Below are positions 33,297-41,493 of a DNA stretch of 41,493 bases, one piece after another. The DNA lies in the NCBI GenBank assembly GCA_902803395.1, contig CADCPQ010000138.1, positions 1 to 41,493 on the forward strand, read 5' to 3'. Within the stretch, counting starts at the first letter, position 1. Each line of letters begins with the position of its first letter. Below the pieces are notes generated by a model, which saw nothing but the letters and a program-made list of their open reading frames with translations, was not told the DNA's origin and did no database searches. The stretch is from an uncultured Bacteroidota bacterium (GTDB taxonomy: Bacteria; Bacteroidota; Bacteroidia; Bacteroidales; P3). A program made the position numbers and the translations under genes.

Positions 33297-34231
33297 CTGC
33301 CGCGAGTTGACGAGGTTTTCGAACCACGAGAGCTGGACGATTTTTCGCGTGATGTGGTGTTGCTGCCGTCGCGGCTGTTGCTTCTGGACGAGGGAGTCAC
33401 ATCCTTGCCACGCTTATTTTCTGTTTCGGTGGTGGTTGTCTTCCCACGGCTACTGCTACCGGTTGTGGCACTGCTGCTTGAACCTCCGCGACTGCTGCTA
33501 CCGGTTGTGGCACTGCTGCTTGAACCTCCACGACTGCTGCTGCCCGTTGTGGTAGTAGGTGTTACTGTCGAGGTGCGGGTTGTGGGACGCTCGGTTGTCG
33601 AGGTCGAGCTGCCACGGGTTCCAGTTACAACTATCGGCTTGTCGGCGCCTGGTGTCCATACATTTTCAGGTCTGGGTGCAGGGGTTTGCGGAGTACGGGT
33701 GTAGTAAGGCGGGTAAGCGACATAGCCCGGTGCGGGATGGTGTCCCGGAGGTGGCGGCACTGGAGGCATCCAGCCGTAGGTGTGCACATCGTAGTGGTAG
33801 GTGCGCACATATCCGTGACGGTGCGGTATGCGTGTGAAGTGGTTGTAGGTCGGCACGTACCATGTTATTGTAGGCACCGAGGCCGAGGTGCGGAACCGCA
33901 GGTAGCGGGCTGCGCTGTAGACGTGGTGTCCGCTGAACAGCCACACACAGTTGAGGTCGAGTGGCATATATATTTCGTCGCCGGTGTATGCGTCAAAGCC
34001 ATAAATCCAGACCTCATAATAAGCTGAGTTGAACCGCTCGGCCCACACGTCGGAGATGATGACGTAGGTCTCGATCTCGTATTCGTACCCGCAGTATATC
34101 ATAAGTTCGTCCTGTGCGTTGAGGTACGAAACCACACGGGCCGCTTGACTGCGAGTGAAGTAGCGGATTGAGTTGGCTGATACCGCCGAGGTTGCGATTA
34201 GCAAGGCGATGATGACAAAGAGTTTTTTCAT
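33293..34231 (-). CDS. Secreted hypothetical protein: folded N-domain, Pro/Tyr/His-rich linker, Ser/Thr/Gly/Arg-rich repetitive tail
   Basis: There is a signal peptide (MKKLFVIIALLIATSAVSA). I recognise no family. The tail contains GSSSRGGSSSSATT repeats. The stop overlaps the start of the downstream gene (ATGA). Confidence 0.6.
   Translation of the reverse strand: MKKLFVIIALLIATSAVSANSIRYFTRSQAARVVSYLNAQDELMIYCGYEYEIETYVIISDVWAERFNSAYYEVWIYGFDAYTGDEIYMPLDLNCVWLFSGHHVYSAARYLRFRTSASVPTITWYVPTYNHFTRIPHRHGYVRTYHYDVHTYGWMPPVPPPPGHHPAPGYVAYPPYYTRTPQTPAPRPENVWTPGADKPIVVTGTRGSSTSTTERPTTRTSTVTPTTTTGSSSRGGSSSSATTGSSSRGGSSSSATTGSSSRGKTTTTETENKRGKDVTPSSRSNSRDGSNTTSREKSSSSRGSKTSSTRGR
33453..33556. repeat. 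42-bp in-frame tandem repeat (about 2.4 copies) inside the hypothetical gene
   Basis: 33453-33494 and 33495-33536 differ at one base (33530). A partial third copy follows. The repeat encodes the GSSSRGGSSSSATT units. Confidence 0.85.
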
Positions 34232-34307
34232 GGTATTCTCCTTTCTTGTTTATTGTTTCTATATAATTAGTATCGCATAAAGGCCAAAACTTGCACTTCC
34301 GACGAAA

Positions 34308-35783
34308 TCAATATGGTGCTTCGTCGTCACGATTCATCTTCGAGTCAACAATAATAGTCGGTCCCGGTTGCTGGTCGAAAGCCGTGTTCTGCGGCATGGC
34401 GAAAGTGTCGGGCGATATGAACTCGCGGTTTTCGAATCGCGCAAACTGGCTCACGAAACGCAGCCTTACGCGCCCTGTGGCACCCGAGCGGTGCTTGGCT
34501 ATGATTATGTCGGCCATACCCTTAGTCGACCCTTCCGCATCGCCGTCGATACCATAATAGTCTGGACGGTAGATAAACATTACTATGTCCGCATCTTGCT
34601 CTATGGCACCCGACTCGCGCAGGTCGCTCAGTATCGGTTCCTTGGTGCCACCACGCTTCTCAACGTCGCGAGACAACTGCGACATGGCCAATATCGGTAT
34701 TCCAAGTTCCTTAGACAAAGCCTTCAACTGGCGCGAAATGGTGCTTATCTCCTGTTCGCGGTTGCCATTGCGGTTGTTGTCCGTCGCGCCGCTCATCAAC
34801 TGCAGATAGTCGATGAACACCATCTGAATGTCGAACCTCTGCTTCAGACGGCGGCACTTGGCTCGCAGTTCGAATATCGACAGCTGCGGAGTGTCATCGA
34901 TATACAGCGGTGCCTCCGACAGTGGCATCGCGCCGGCCATCAGCTGCTCCTTGTCGCTATCGGTGAACCCTTCGCCCTTCTTCAATTTGTCGCCAGGTAT
35001 TTTAGCTTCACTTGAAATAAGACGCATAGCCAACTCAGTACCAGTCATTTCCATCGAAAAAAAGGCAACCGGCTTTTTGAAATCCACAGCCATGTTGCGG
35101 GCCATGCTCAAAGCAAATGCCGTTTTACCCATTGCCGGACGAGCTGCAAGAATAATTAGCGTTCCGGGCTGGAACCCCGCCGTGTGACGGTCAAGGTCGA
35201 TATAACCCGTCTGCAATCCAGAAAAATGCGAATCGGACGACTGCGCCTCCTTGATCTGGTCCATGGCCGACGTCACAAGGTCGGACATCGGGTGATAGTC
35301 CGAGCGGAAATTGCGGTCGTTGATATCCATCAAGTTCTGCTCCGTGCGGTCAAGTAAATCAACCACGTCTGTCGTCTCGTCGTAGGCCGACTTGATAGTC
35401 TCCGTGGAAATCCTGATAAGTTCGCGCTGTATATATTTCTCACTCAGCACACGCACATAATACTCAATATGCGCTGCACTGACGATATTCTTGGTCAGTT
35501 GCGACACCGCGTAGGCACCTCCGGCAGCTTCCAGTTGCCCGTCCAGGCGCAGACGCTCCACAACGGTCAACAAATCAACAGGCTGCGACTGCTCGAACAA
35601 TTTCTTTATTGCCGCAAATACCACTTGATGCTGTACAGAATAAAAATATTCAGTATGTAATATCTCGATAGTGTTAATCAACGCAGTTTGGTCGAGCATG
35701 AGAGCCCCCAAAACCGACTCCTCGAGTTCCAAAGCTTGCGGTTGCACCATGCCGTTCATTCCGAACGCCGCCTCATAACTCAT
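34308..35783 (-). CDS. dnaB: Replicative DNA helicase
   Basis: The N-terminus reads PQALELEESVLGALML. Walker A is ARPAMGKTAFAL and Walker B is VFIDYLQLM, with a RecA-like C-domain. The start is set at MSYEAAF (35783) because a TATATTTG -7 box lies inside the longer ORF (to 35843). Confidence 0.9.
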   Translation of the reverse strand: MSYEAAFGMNGMVQPQALELEESVLGALMLDQTALINTIEILHTEYFYSVQHQVVFAAIKKLFEQSQPVDLLTVVERLRLDGQLEAAGGAYAVSQLTKNIVSAAHIEYYVRVLSEKYIQRELIRISTETIKSAYDETTDVVDLLDRTEQNLMDINDRNFRSDYHPMSDLVTSAMDQIKEAQSSDSHFSGLQTGYIDLDRHTAGFQPGTLIILAARPAMGKTAFALSMARNMAVDFKKPVAFFSMEMTGTELAMRLISSEAKIPGDKLKKGEGFTDSDKEQLMAGAMPLSEAPLYIDDTPQLSIFELRAKCRRLKQRFDIQMVFIDYLQLMSGATDNNRNGNREQEISTISRQLKALSKELGIPILAMSQLSRDVEKRGGTKEPILSDLRESGAIEQDADIVMFIYRPDYYGIDGDAEGSTKGMADIIIAKHRSGATGRVRLRFVSQFARFENREFISPDTFAMPQNTAFDQQPGPTIIVDSKMNRDDEAPY

Positions 35784-35830
35784 TCGTTCTCTACGTTTTG
35801 TCACATTTTTCTGCAAATCTTCCATAAATG

Positions 35831-35838
35831 CAAATATA
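35831..35838 (-). promoter_or_regulatory. -7 promoter box (TATATTTG) for dnaB
   Basis: The minus strand reads TATATTTG (TAnnTTTG), 48 nt upstream of the ATG at 35783 and inside the first codons of the maximal ORF. Confidence 0.45.
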
Positions 35839-35895
35839 CGCATTTTTTCGTATATTCACACAATAAAAATATTAATATCGCGTTTATCTCACAAT

Positions 35896-37002
35896 ATGAA
35901 GAAAATTCTGACACTGGTTTTTCTCGCGTTTACCGTCCTGCAAACCGTCGGACAGACTCCGTATGAAAAGGGAATGAACGCAATCCAGAAAGGCTTGCCT
36001 GACTTGGCCGAAGGCTATTTTGTCGAAGCCAAAACAACAGCTGACAGTCTCGCCGCCAACTTCCAGCTCGGCCTTATAATGGAAAGCAGGGAACGTTTTA
36101 CCGAAGCCGCAGATTTCCTTGTTGCCGCCGACAGCAGTGCGGCAGCCATGTCACACCTCGCCGCCTGCAGGGTTGAAATCAAGGACTGGGACGAGGCGAA
36201 AACTGCAGCCGAAAAAGCCGTGGAGCTCGGCGGCGACCCTGACGTCGAAGCATCGGCAATGGCTACCTTAGGTCTATACTACTGCCATTTGAAGAACTAT
36301 ACAAACGCTGCACATTGGGCGAAACAAGCGACATCGAAAGCGCCCAACAATCCACGTTCATGGAATGTAGCTGGCATAGTGAGCTACAGCAAGGGCAACG
36401 ACTCCGAGGCAATCAACCATTTCCGTAAAGCCTTGCAGGTCGACCCAGACAACCGCGACGCATATTTCAACCTCGGAACGATGTATTGCCTGCGAAACAA
36501 CTACGAATCAGCCGTCAACACCCTTCGCAAAGGATTGCAGCGGCACAGGCAATCGCTGAAACTATACCACTGCCTCGGTTGGGCATACACGCTTCGCGGC
36601 GACAAGCAAAAAGCAATACAATGCTACCAGACTGTAATAGAGCTCGATAGCCACTACGTCGATGCCTATAACCGCATCGGCGACATCTACTTTTCGCAAG
36701 GCGACTATGAACTAGCCATTTCCATGTATCGACAAGCCACTAGGGTCGCCCCAAGGTCGGCCGAAGGATACAAACTCATGGGTCATGCCTATGCCGAAAA
36801 AGGCGATTACCCTGCAGCGATACGTAACTATCAGCGAGCCACCGAGATGGACAAAAACGACAGTCAGACATATTTGCTGATAGCCGACTTGTATTCCAAG
36901 CAAGGAAACCAGAAACGGGAGCAGGCCAACTACAAGCGGGCGGCCAAGTTGGGCAACACCGAAGCTCAAGCTTGGTGCGTGAAGCGCGGCATCAAGTGGT
37001 AA
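35896..37002 (+). CDS. Tetratricopeptide (TPR) repeat protein, secreted
   Basis: A signal peptide is followed by repeated 34-aa units with the A..(Y/F)..A(L/I)..(D/N)P...A pattern, e.g. AINHFRKALQVDPDNRDAYFNLG and AIQCYQTVIELDSHYVDAYNRIG. Confidence 0.85.
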   Translation: MKKILTLVFLAFTVLQTVGQTPYEKGMNAIQKGLPDLAEGYFVEAKTTADSLAANFQLGLIMESRERFTEAADFLVAADSSAAAMSHLAACRVEIKDWDEAKTAAEKAVELGGDPDVEASAMATLGLYYCHLKNYTNAAHWAKQATSKAPNNPRSWNVAGIVSYSKGNDSEAINHFRKALQVDPDNRDAYFNLGTMYCLRNNYESAVNTLRKGLQRHRQSLKLYHCLGWAYTLRGDKQKAIQCYQTVIELDSHYVDAYNRIGDIYFSQGDYELAISMYRQATRVAPRSAEGYKLMGHAYAEKGDYPAAIRNYQRATEMDKNDSQTYLLIADLYSKQGNQKREQANYKRAAKLGNTEAQAWCVKRGIKW

Positions 37003-37055
37003 TGCTTTAGTTTTTTCAAAAAAACAATCTTTTTTTGTCAATTAAAAAAAAGTTG

Positions 37056-37063
37056 CTATCTTT
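37056..37063 (+). promoter_or_regulatory. -7 promoter box (TATCTTTG) with a -33 TTTG, for topA
   Basis: TATCTTTG lies 39 nt upstream of the topA ATG. A TTTG at 37033-36 leaves a 19-nt spacer, as expected for Bacteroidetes sigma-A promoters. Confidence 0.55.
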
Positions 37064-37101
37064 GCAGCCCGAATTCAACGACAATAAATAATATATAATA
37101 A

Positions 37102-39438
37102 ATGAAAAACCTTGTAATAGTGGAGTCTCCGGCGAAAGCCAAGACCATTGAAAAGTTTCTGGGCAAGGATTACACCGTGCGTTCAAGCTATGGACACATA
37201 CGCGACCTAGCCAAGAAAGAGATGAGTATCGACATTGAAAACAATTATGAGCCGGAATATGAGATTCCAGACGACAAACGCAAACTCGTTGCCGAGCTGC
37301 AGAAAGCTGTGAAAGGTGCCGAACACGTGTGGCTGGCATCCGATGAGGACCGCGAGGGAGAAGCCATAGCCTGGCACTTGCAGGAGACCCTGAAGCCAGA
37401 TCCTGAAAAGACACGCCGCATAGTATTCAACGAAATAACGAAGCAGGCTATCGTGCACGCTATCGAGAATCCGCGCACCGTGGACATGAACCTGGTGGAC
37501 GCCCAGCAGGCCCGTCGTGTGCTCGACCGTTTGGTAGGTTATGAAATCAGCCCTATACTTTGGGCCAAAATCAAGCCGGCACTGAGCGCCGGACGTGTGC
37601 AAAGCGTGGCCGTGAGACTCGTTGTCGACCGTGAGGAGGAAATCAAGGCTTTCGAACCTCAGACCTATTACAAGGTTGTAGCCAAATTCGAATCCGACGG
37701 AACCAAACAACCAGTCGTGGCCGAGCTGAGTCGCCGTTTCGACACCGAGGACGAGGCCGCAAAACTGCTGCTTAGCCTCGCCAAGGCGACATTCAAGGTA
37801 GCTGGCGTGGAAACCAAACCCGCCCACCGCTCCCCTGCCCCACCATTCACCACCTCGACGCTTCAGCAAGAAGCCAGCCGTAAACTGGGATTTAGCGTGG
37901 CCCGCACCATGCAGATTGCACAGCAACTATACGAGAGCGGTTACATAACATATATGCGTACCGACAGCGTAAACCTGAGCGAGACGGCTCTGGCCATGGC
38001 TAAGGACGAAATTGCCAGACTCTATGGCGACCGCTACGTCAAGACCCGCCGCTACCATACCAAGACCAAAGGCGCACAGGAAGCCCACGAGGCAATACGT
38101 CCGACGCACATGGAAAACATGACCATCAGCGAGGATGCCTCACAGCGCCGCCTGTATGAACTGATATGGAAACGCACCGTGGCCAGCCAAATGGCCGATG
38201 CTGAACTGGAACGCACACGTATGGAGATAGCCATTGCCGGCAACAAAAAAGACCATTTCGAATGCACTGGCGAACAGTTGCTATTCGACGGGTTCCTGAA
38301 AGTATACATCGAATCGACCGACGACGAGACCGAGGGCACTCAGGAGAGCGGAGCCCTGCTGCCGCGTCTGCCCGAAGGTACAGCCATGAAGCTGGAGTCA
38401 TGCAATGCCACCCAACGCTACACCCAGCATCCACCGCGCTACTCGGAGGCCAGCCTCGTCAAAAAACTTGAAGAACTCGGCATAGGCCGCCCGTCGACCT
38501 ACGCCCCCACCATCAGCACCATTCTCAAACGCGAATATATAATGAAAGAGGACCGCGAGGCCGAGACTTTCGGTTACACAGTCCTCAACCTCGTGAACGG
38601 CAAAGTGGAACGCGAAAGCCGTACCGAGAAAGGCAACGCCGAAAAAGGCAAGTTGGTACCCACCGATATTGGCAGCGTGGTAAACGAGTTCCTGATGAAG
38701 AACTTCGACGAGATAATGGATTACAATTTCACCGCTACCGTGGAGAAAGATTTCGACGAAATAGCCGACGGCAAAAAGGAATGGCGGAGCGTTATCGACT
38801 CGTTCTACAAACCGTTCCATCGCACCATCACTGTCACTCAGCAGAACAGCCGCCGCTCGACTGGCTCACGACTGCTCGGCACAGACCCCAAAAGCGGCAA
38901 AAACGTATATGCAAAAATAGGCCGCTTTGGCACTTTGGTGCAGATTGGCGAGACCAACAGCGACGAGAAGCCGCGGTTTGCCAGCCTCAAGAAAGGCCAG
39001 AGCATCGAAACCATCACCATCGAGGAAGCTCTGGCTCTCTTCGACCTGCCACGTACCGTGGGACAATTCGAGGAAGCCGACGTTATAGTGAGCATTGGTA
39101 AATTTGGCCCGTATGTACGTCACGGCAACAAGTTCTACTCGCTGAGCAAAACCGACGACCCATATGAGGTATCTCTCGAACGTTGCATCGAAATAATCCG
39201 CACCAAGCGCGAGGCTGAAAAGGAAAAAGAGCAGCTCAAAGAGCTCTACCCGCACGAAATCGGCATTTACGACGAAGCACCCATAGTGTCGAACATCGGA
39301 CGTTTCGGACCCTACTTGAGCCATAAAGGCAACAACTACCGTCTGGCCAAAAACGTCGACCCGCTGAAGCTCACCGTCGACGAGGCCGTTAAAATTATAG
39401 AGTCAACAACATCGAAGAAAGCCACACGTAAGAAATGA
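37102..39438 (+). CDS. topA: DNA topoisomerase I
   Basis: The Toprim N-terminus reads LVIVESPAKAKTIEKFLG and ASDEDREGEAIAWH. The active-site region is YITYMRTDS. Cys-less C-terminal repeats (GRFGPY / GKFGPY) are present. Confidence 0.96.
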   Translation: MKNLVIVESPAKAKTIEKFLGKDYTVRSSYGHIRDLAKKEMSIDIENNYEPEYEIPDDKRKLVAELQKAVKGAEHVWLASDEDREGEAIAWHLQETLKPDPEKTRRIVFNEITKQAIVHAIENPRTVDMNLVDAQQARRVLDRLVGYEISPILWAKIKPALSAGRVQSVAVRLVVDREEEIKAFEPQTYYKVVAKFESDGTKQPVVAELSRRFDTEDEAAKLLLSLAKATFKVAGVETKPAHRSPAPPFTTSTLQQEASRKLGFSVARTMQIAQQLYESGYITYMRTDSVNLSETALAMAKDEIARLYGDRYVKTRRYHTKTKGAQEAHEAIRPTHMENMTISEDASQRRLYELIWKRTVASQMADAELERTRMEIAIAGNKKDHFECTGEQLLFDGFLKVYIESTDDETEGTQESGALLPRLPEGTAMKLESCNATQRYTQHPPRYSEASLVKKLEELGIGRPSTYAPTISTILKREYIMKEDREAETFGYTVLNLVNGKVERESRTEKGNAEKGKLVPTDIGSVVNEFLMKNFDEIMDYNFTATVEKDFDEIADGKKEWRSVIDSFYKPFHRTITVTQQNSRRSTGSRLLGTDPKSGKNVYAKIGRFGTLVQIGETNSDEKPRFASLKKGQSIETITIEEALALFDLPRTVGQFEEADVIVSIGKFGPYVRHGNKFYSLSKTDDPYEVSLERCIEIIRTKREAEKEKEQLKELYPHEIGIYDEAPIVSNIGRFGPYLSHKGNNYRLAKNVDPLKLTVDEAVKIIESTTSKKATRKK

Positions 39439-41312
39439 CGCTTTCGGTTGTTATTGTCAACTACAATGTCAAGTATTTCCTCGAGCAGTGCTTGAAATCG
39501 GTTTTCGCGGCGAAAACCGAGGGGTTCGAATTGGAGGTATTTGTGGTCGACAATAACTCAGTGGATGATTCGGTCGCAATGGTCCGCGAACGATTCCCAC
39601 AGGTAAAAGTTATCGCCAACGACGAGAATGTGGGGTTCGCCAAAGCCAACAATCAGGCTCTGAAGCTCTGCACCGGCGACTACCTGTTGCTACTCAACCC
39701 CGACACCGTGGTGGAGCACGACACCTTCGCAAAATGTGTCAGCTTCATGGAGCAACACCCCGACTGCGGCGGATTGGGAGTGAAGATGATTGACGGCAAA
39801 GGCAACTTCTTGAGAGAAAGCAAGCGAGGCTTCCCGTCGCCCGAAACGTCATTCTACAAAATATCTGGACTGATAAAACTCTTCCCTCATTCGAAACGCA
39901 TTGGAGCCTACTACATGGGGAATCTCCCTGAGGACGAAACCAACGAGATAGATATTCTGCCAGGAGCCTATATGATGTTGAGCCGCAAGGCTTTCGATGC
40001 TGTGGGGCTGCTCGACGAAAGCTACTTCATGTACGGCGAGGATATTGACTGGTCGTGGAGGATAAAGCTTGCCGGATTCAAGAACTACTATCTGCCAGAA
40101 GCGCGAATAATCCACTACAAAGGCGAGAGTACAAAGAAAGGGTCGATGAACTACGTCTACACTTTCTACAATGCCATGTCGATATTTGTCCGCCACTATT
40201 TCAGCGGCAGCAATGCAAAGATATTCAACGCGCTGATACAGATGGCGATATGGCTCCGGGCCGGGGTATCGTTCGTAAAAAGAATCGTTGCGCAACTTGC
40301 GGTTCCTGCAGCCGATTTCGCATTGTCGTTTGCCGGATTTATCGCTATCAAAAATATTTGGGCGACCTACCGTGCCGCCACCGTCGACTACTACCCGCCA
40401 GAATATACTTGGGTTGTTATTCCGCTATACATCCTGTTTCTGATGGCATCGACATGGCTCAACGGCGGCTACGACAAACCGTTGCGCATAGGCCGTATAC
40501 TCAAAGGTATGGCAATAGGCCTCGCCATGTTGCTGGCTTTCTATTCGTTGCTCGACGAATCGCAACGCTATTCACGAATGGTACTGATTCTCGGCTCGGT
40601 TTGGACCACGATTTCCGTGCTGGGTATAAGGGCTGTGCTGAGCGCTGTCAATGTTGACGGCTATGCACTCAGGGCAAGGAAGCGAAAAACCTGCATCATT
40701 GTCGGTATCGGTCCGGAATCGCATCGGGTTTCGGATATGTACAAAGCCCTGAATCTTGCCCCAACGGTCGATGTTAATACGACCGAAACCGGTCGTTTGT
40801 CCGAGCTGATACACTACCACAACGCCGGCGAGGTTGTGTTTTGTGCCAAGGACCTTTCGCCCGAGGAAATCATCACCCTTATGGCTACCCTCAAAACCAC
40901 CGGCATTGAATACAAGATAGCCCCTTCAGAGAGCGATTTCATAATCGGCAGCAACGGCATTGCGACCGACGAGGACATACTTGCGGTCGACCTCGACACC
41001 GTTTCGTCGCCAGCCAACCGCCGTCGCAAACGGCTGTTCGACATCGGAACAGCGCTGCTGCTTACCGTCCTCACCCCTATTCTGATTTGGTTTCAGAATG
41101 ATAAACACCGCTATCTGGGCAATTGCCTGTCGGTTCTGTTCGGCGGCAAAAGCTGGGTTGGCTACAGCGGACGCAAAGGAGTGTTCTCACCGTCCGACAT
41201 AGTTAAAGAGCCGTCGGAAACGCTCGCCTCACACCTAAATTATAAATATATGCGCAAATACAAAGTTTCTACCGACTGGGCGATATTGTCACGAAACATA
41301 ACAAATATATGA
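39435..41312 (+). CDS. Fusion protein: N-terminal GT2 glycosyltransferase + WbaP-like polytopic membrane/Rossmann-like module + truncated sugar-phosphotransferase remnant
   Basis: aa 1-270 show GT2 motifs (VVIVNYN, VVDNNSVDDS, LLNPDT, GEDIDWSWR). aa ~280-400 are multiple TM helices. aa ~410-500 (CIIVGIGPES...) resemble the WbaP CoA-binding-like domain. aa ~530-625 start with KRLFDI and end with VLFGGKSWVG...DWAILS, but the KFR(S/T)M, DE and PRP core motifs are missing. Confidence 0.7.
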   Translation: MTLSVVIVNYNVKYFLEQCLKSVFAAKTEGFELEVFVVDNNSVDDSVAMVRERFPQVKVIANDENVGFAKANNQALKLCTGDYLLLLNPDTVVEHDTFAKCVSFMEQHPDCGGLGVKMIDGKGNFLRESKRGFPSPETSFYKISGLIKLFPHSKRIGAYYMGNLPEDETNEIDILPGAYMMLSRKAFDAVGLLDESYFMYGEDIDWSWRIKLAGFKNYYLPEARIIHYKGESTKKGSMNYVYTFYNAMSIFVRHYFSGSNAKIFNALIQMAIWLRAGVSFVKRIVAQLAVPAADFALSFAGFIAIKNIWATYRAATVDYYPPEYTWVVIPLYILFLMASTWLNGGYDKPLRIGRILKGMAIGLAMLLAFYSLLDESQRYSRMVLILGSVWTTISVLGIRAVLSAVNVDGYALRARKRKTCIIVGIGPESHRVSDMYKALNLAPTVDVNTTETGRLSELIHYHNAGEVVFCAKDLSPEEIITLMATLKTTGIEYKIAPSESDFIIGSNGIATDEDILAVDLDTVSSPANRRRKRLFDIGTALLLTVLTPILIWFQNDKHRYLGNCLSVLFGGKSWVGYSGRKGVFSPSDIVKEPSETLASHLNYKYMRKYKVSTDWAILSRNITNI

Positions 41313-41493
41313 AAAAGAGATTGATTTTGGCATTCATCATAATGTTTGCTGCGACCGTTGCGCAAGCCCAGCAAATCAGAGGATTCTTGTCAGCTGGCGG
41401 CACTCTGTCGCAAATCGAGGGCGACGAGCTGCGAGGCTTCGACAATATTGGCTGGAGCGCAGGAGTTGGAGCCGTAACCAACATCGACCAATA
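41309..41493 (+). CDS. Outer-membrane beta-barrel (PorT/OMP_b-brl_2-like) protein, 3' end cut by the window edge
   Basis: The ATG at 41309 overlaps the upstream stop (ATGA). The translation is MKKRLILAFIIMFAATVAQAQQIRGFLSAGGTLSQIEGDELRGFDNIGWSAGVGA, a signal peptide plus the first strands typical of small Bacteroidetes beta-barrel OMPs. It is open to the window end. Confidence 0.5.
   Translation, partial: MKKRLILAFIIMFAATVAQAQQIRGFLSAGGTLSQIEGDELRGFDNIGWSAGVGAVTNIDQ

Noticed and set aside
1-41493. A defence island, prophage or conjugative element somewhere in the window.
   Set aside because: Every CDS of at least 100 aa except one (33293-34231) is assignable to a housekeeping or envelope family. 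There are no nucleases, methylases, helicase-nuclease pairs, reverse transcriptases, phage structural genes, integrases or tRNA-adjacent att-like boundaries. Gene density and operon overlaps look uniform by eye, though I did not compute composition.

Overview
This 41.5-kb window reads as core housekeeping chromosome of a Bacteroidota, probably Bacteroidales, bacterium. Three things support that placement: recurrent TAnnTTTG -7 promoter boxes, a T9SS C-terminal sorting tail on a C25 peptidase, and GWxTD, DUF4838 and DUF4369-type proteins. About 31 tightly packed CDSs sit in five co-directional blocks, many joined by 4-bp ATGA overlaps. The blocks are: clp fragment (+); alaS-ABC-pepA-pdxA-polA-DUF4838-sdaA (-); ndpA-GWxTD-acyltransferase-GT2 (+); mltD-ftsB-nlpC (-); trxA-DUF58-buk-FKBP-aroC-DUF4369-C25 peptidase (+); dnaB-hypothetical-nucleoside phosphorylase and pfk-envC-lpxH (-); TPR-topA-GT2/PGT fusion-OMP (+). 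I found no rRNA, tRNA, CRISPR array, integrase, transposase, toxin-antitoxin pair or recognisable defence genes, so I cannot support a claim of a novel protein-coding system here. The most unusual signals are non-coding. First, a modular 110-150 bp element occurs exactly once in each of the three convergent gene junctions. It has an ATATAA box, a TTGA-N3-TCAA palindrome, an array of TCGG motifs phased at exactly 11 bp, and a CCCrGsrGGCGA tail. Second, a cluster of G/C-rich hairpin units forms a nested ~105-bp palindrome in the largest intergenic gap. Protein-level oddities are a GT2 glycosyltransferase fused to a WbaP-like membrane module with an apparently gutted phosphoglycosyl-transferase domain, a compact 309-aa chorismate synthase, and a secreted orphan protein with a tandem-repeat Ser/Thr/Gly/Arg tail. 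There is also a gingipain-family T9SS cargo protein and a PFK carrying PPi-type signature residues. All homology calls come from motif recognition by eye, not from database searches.
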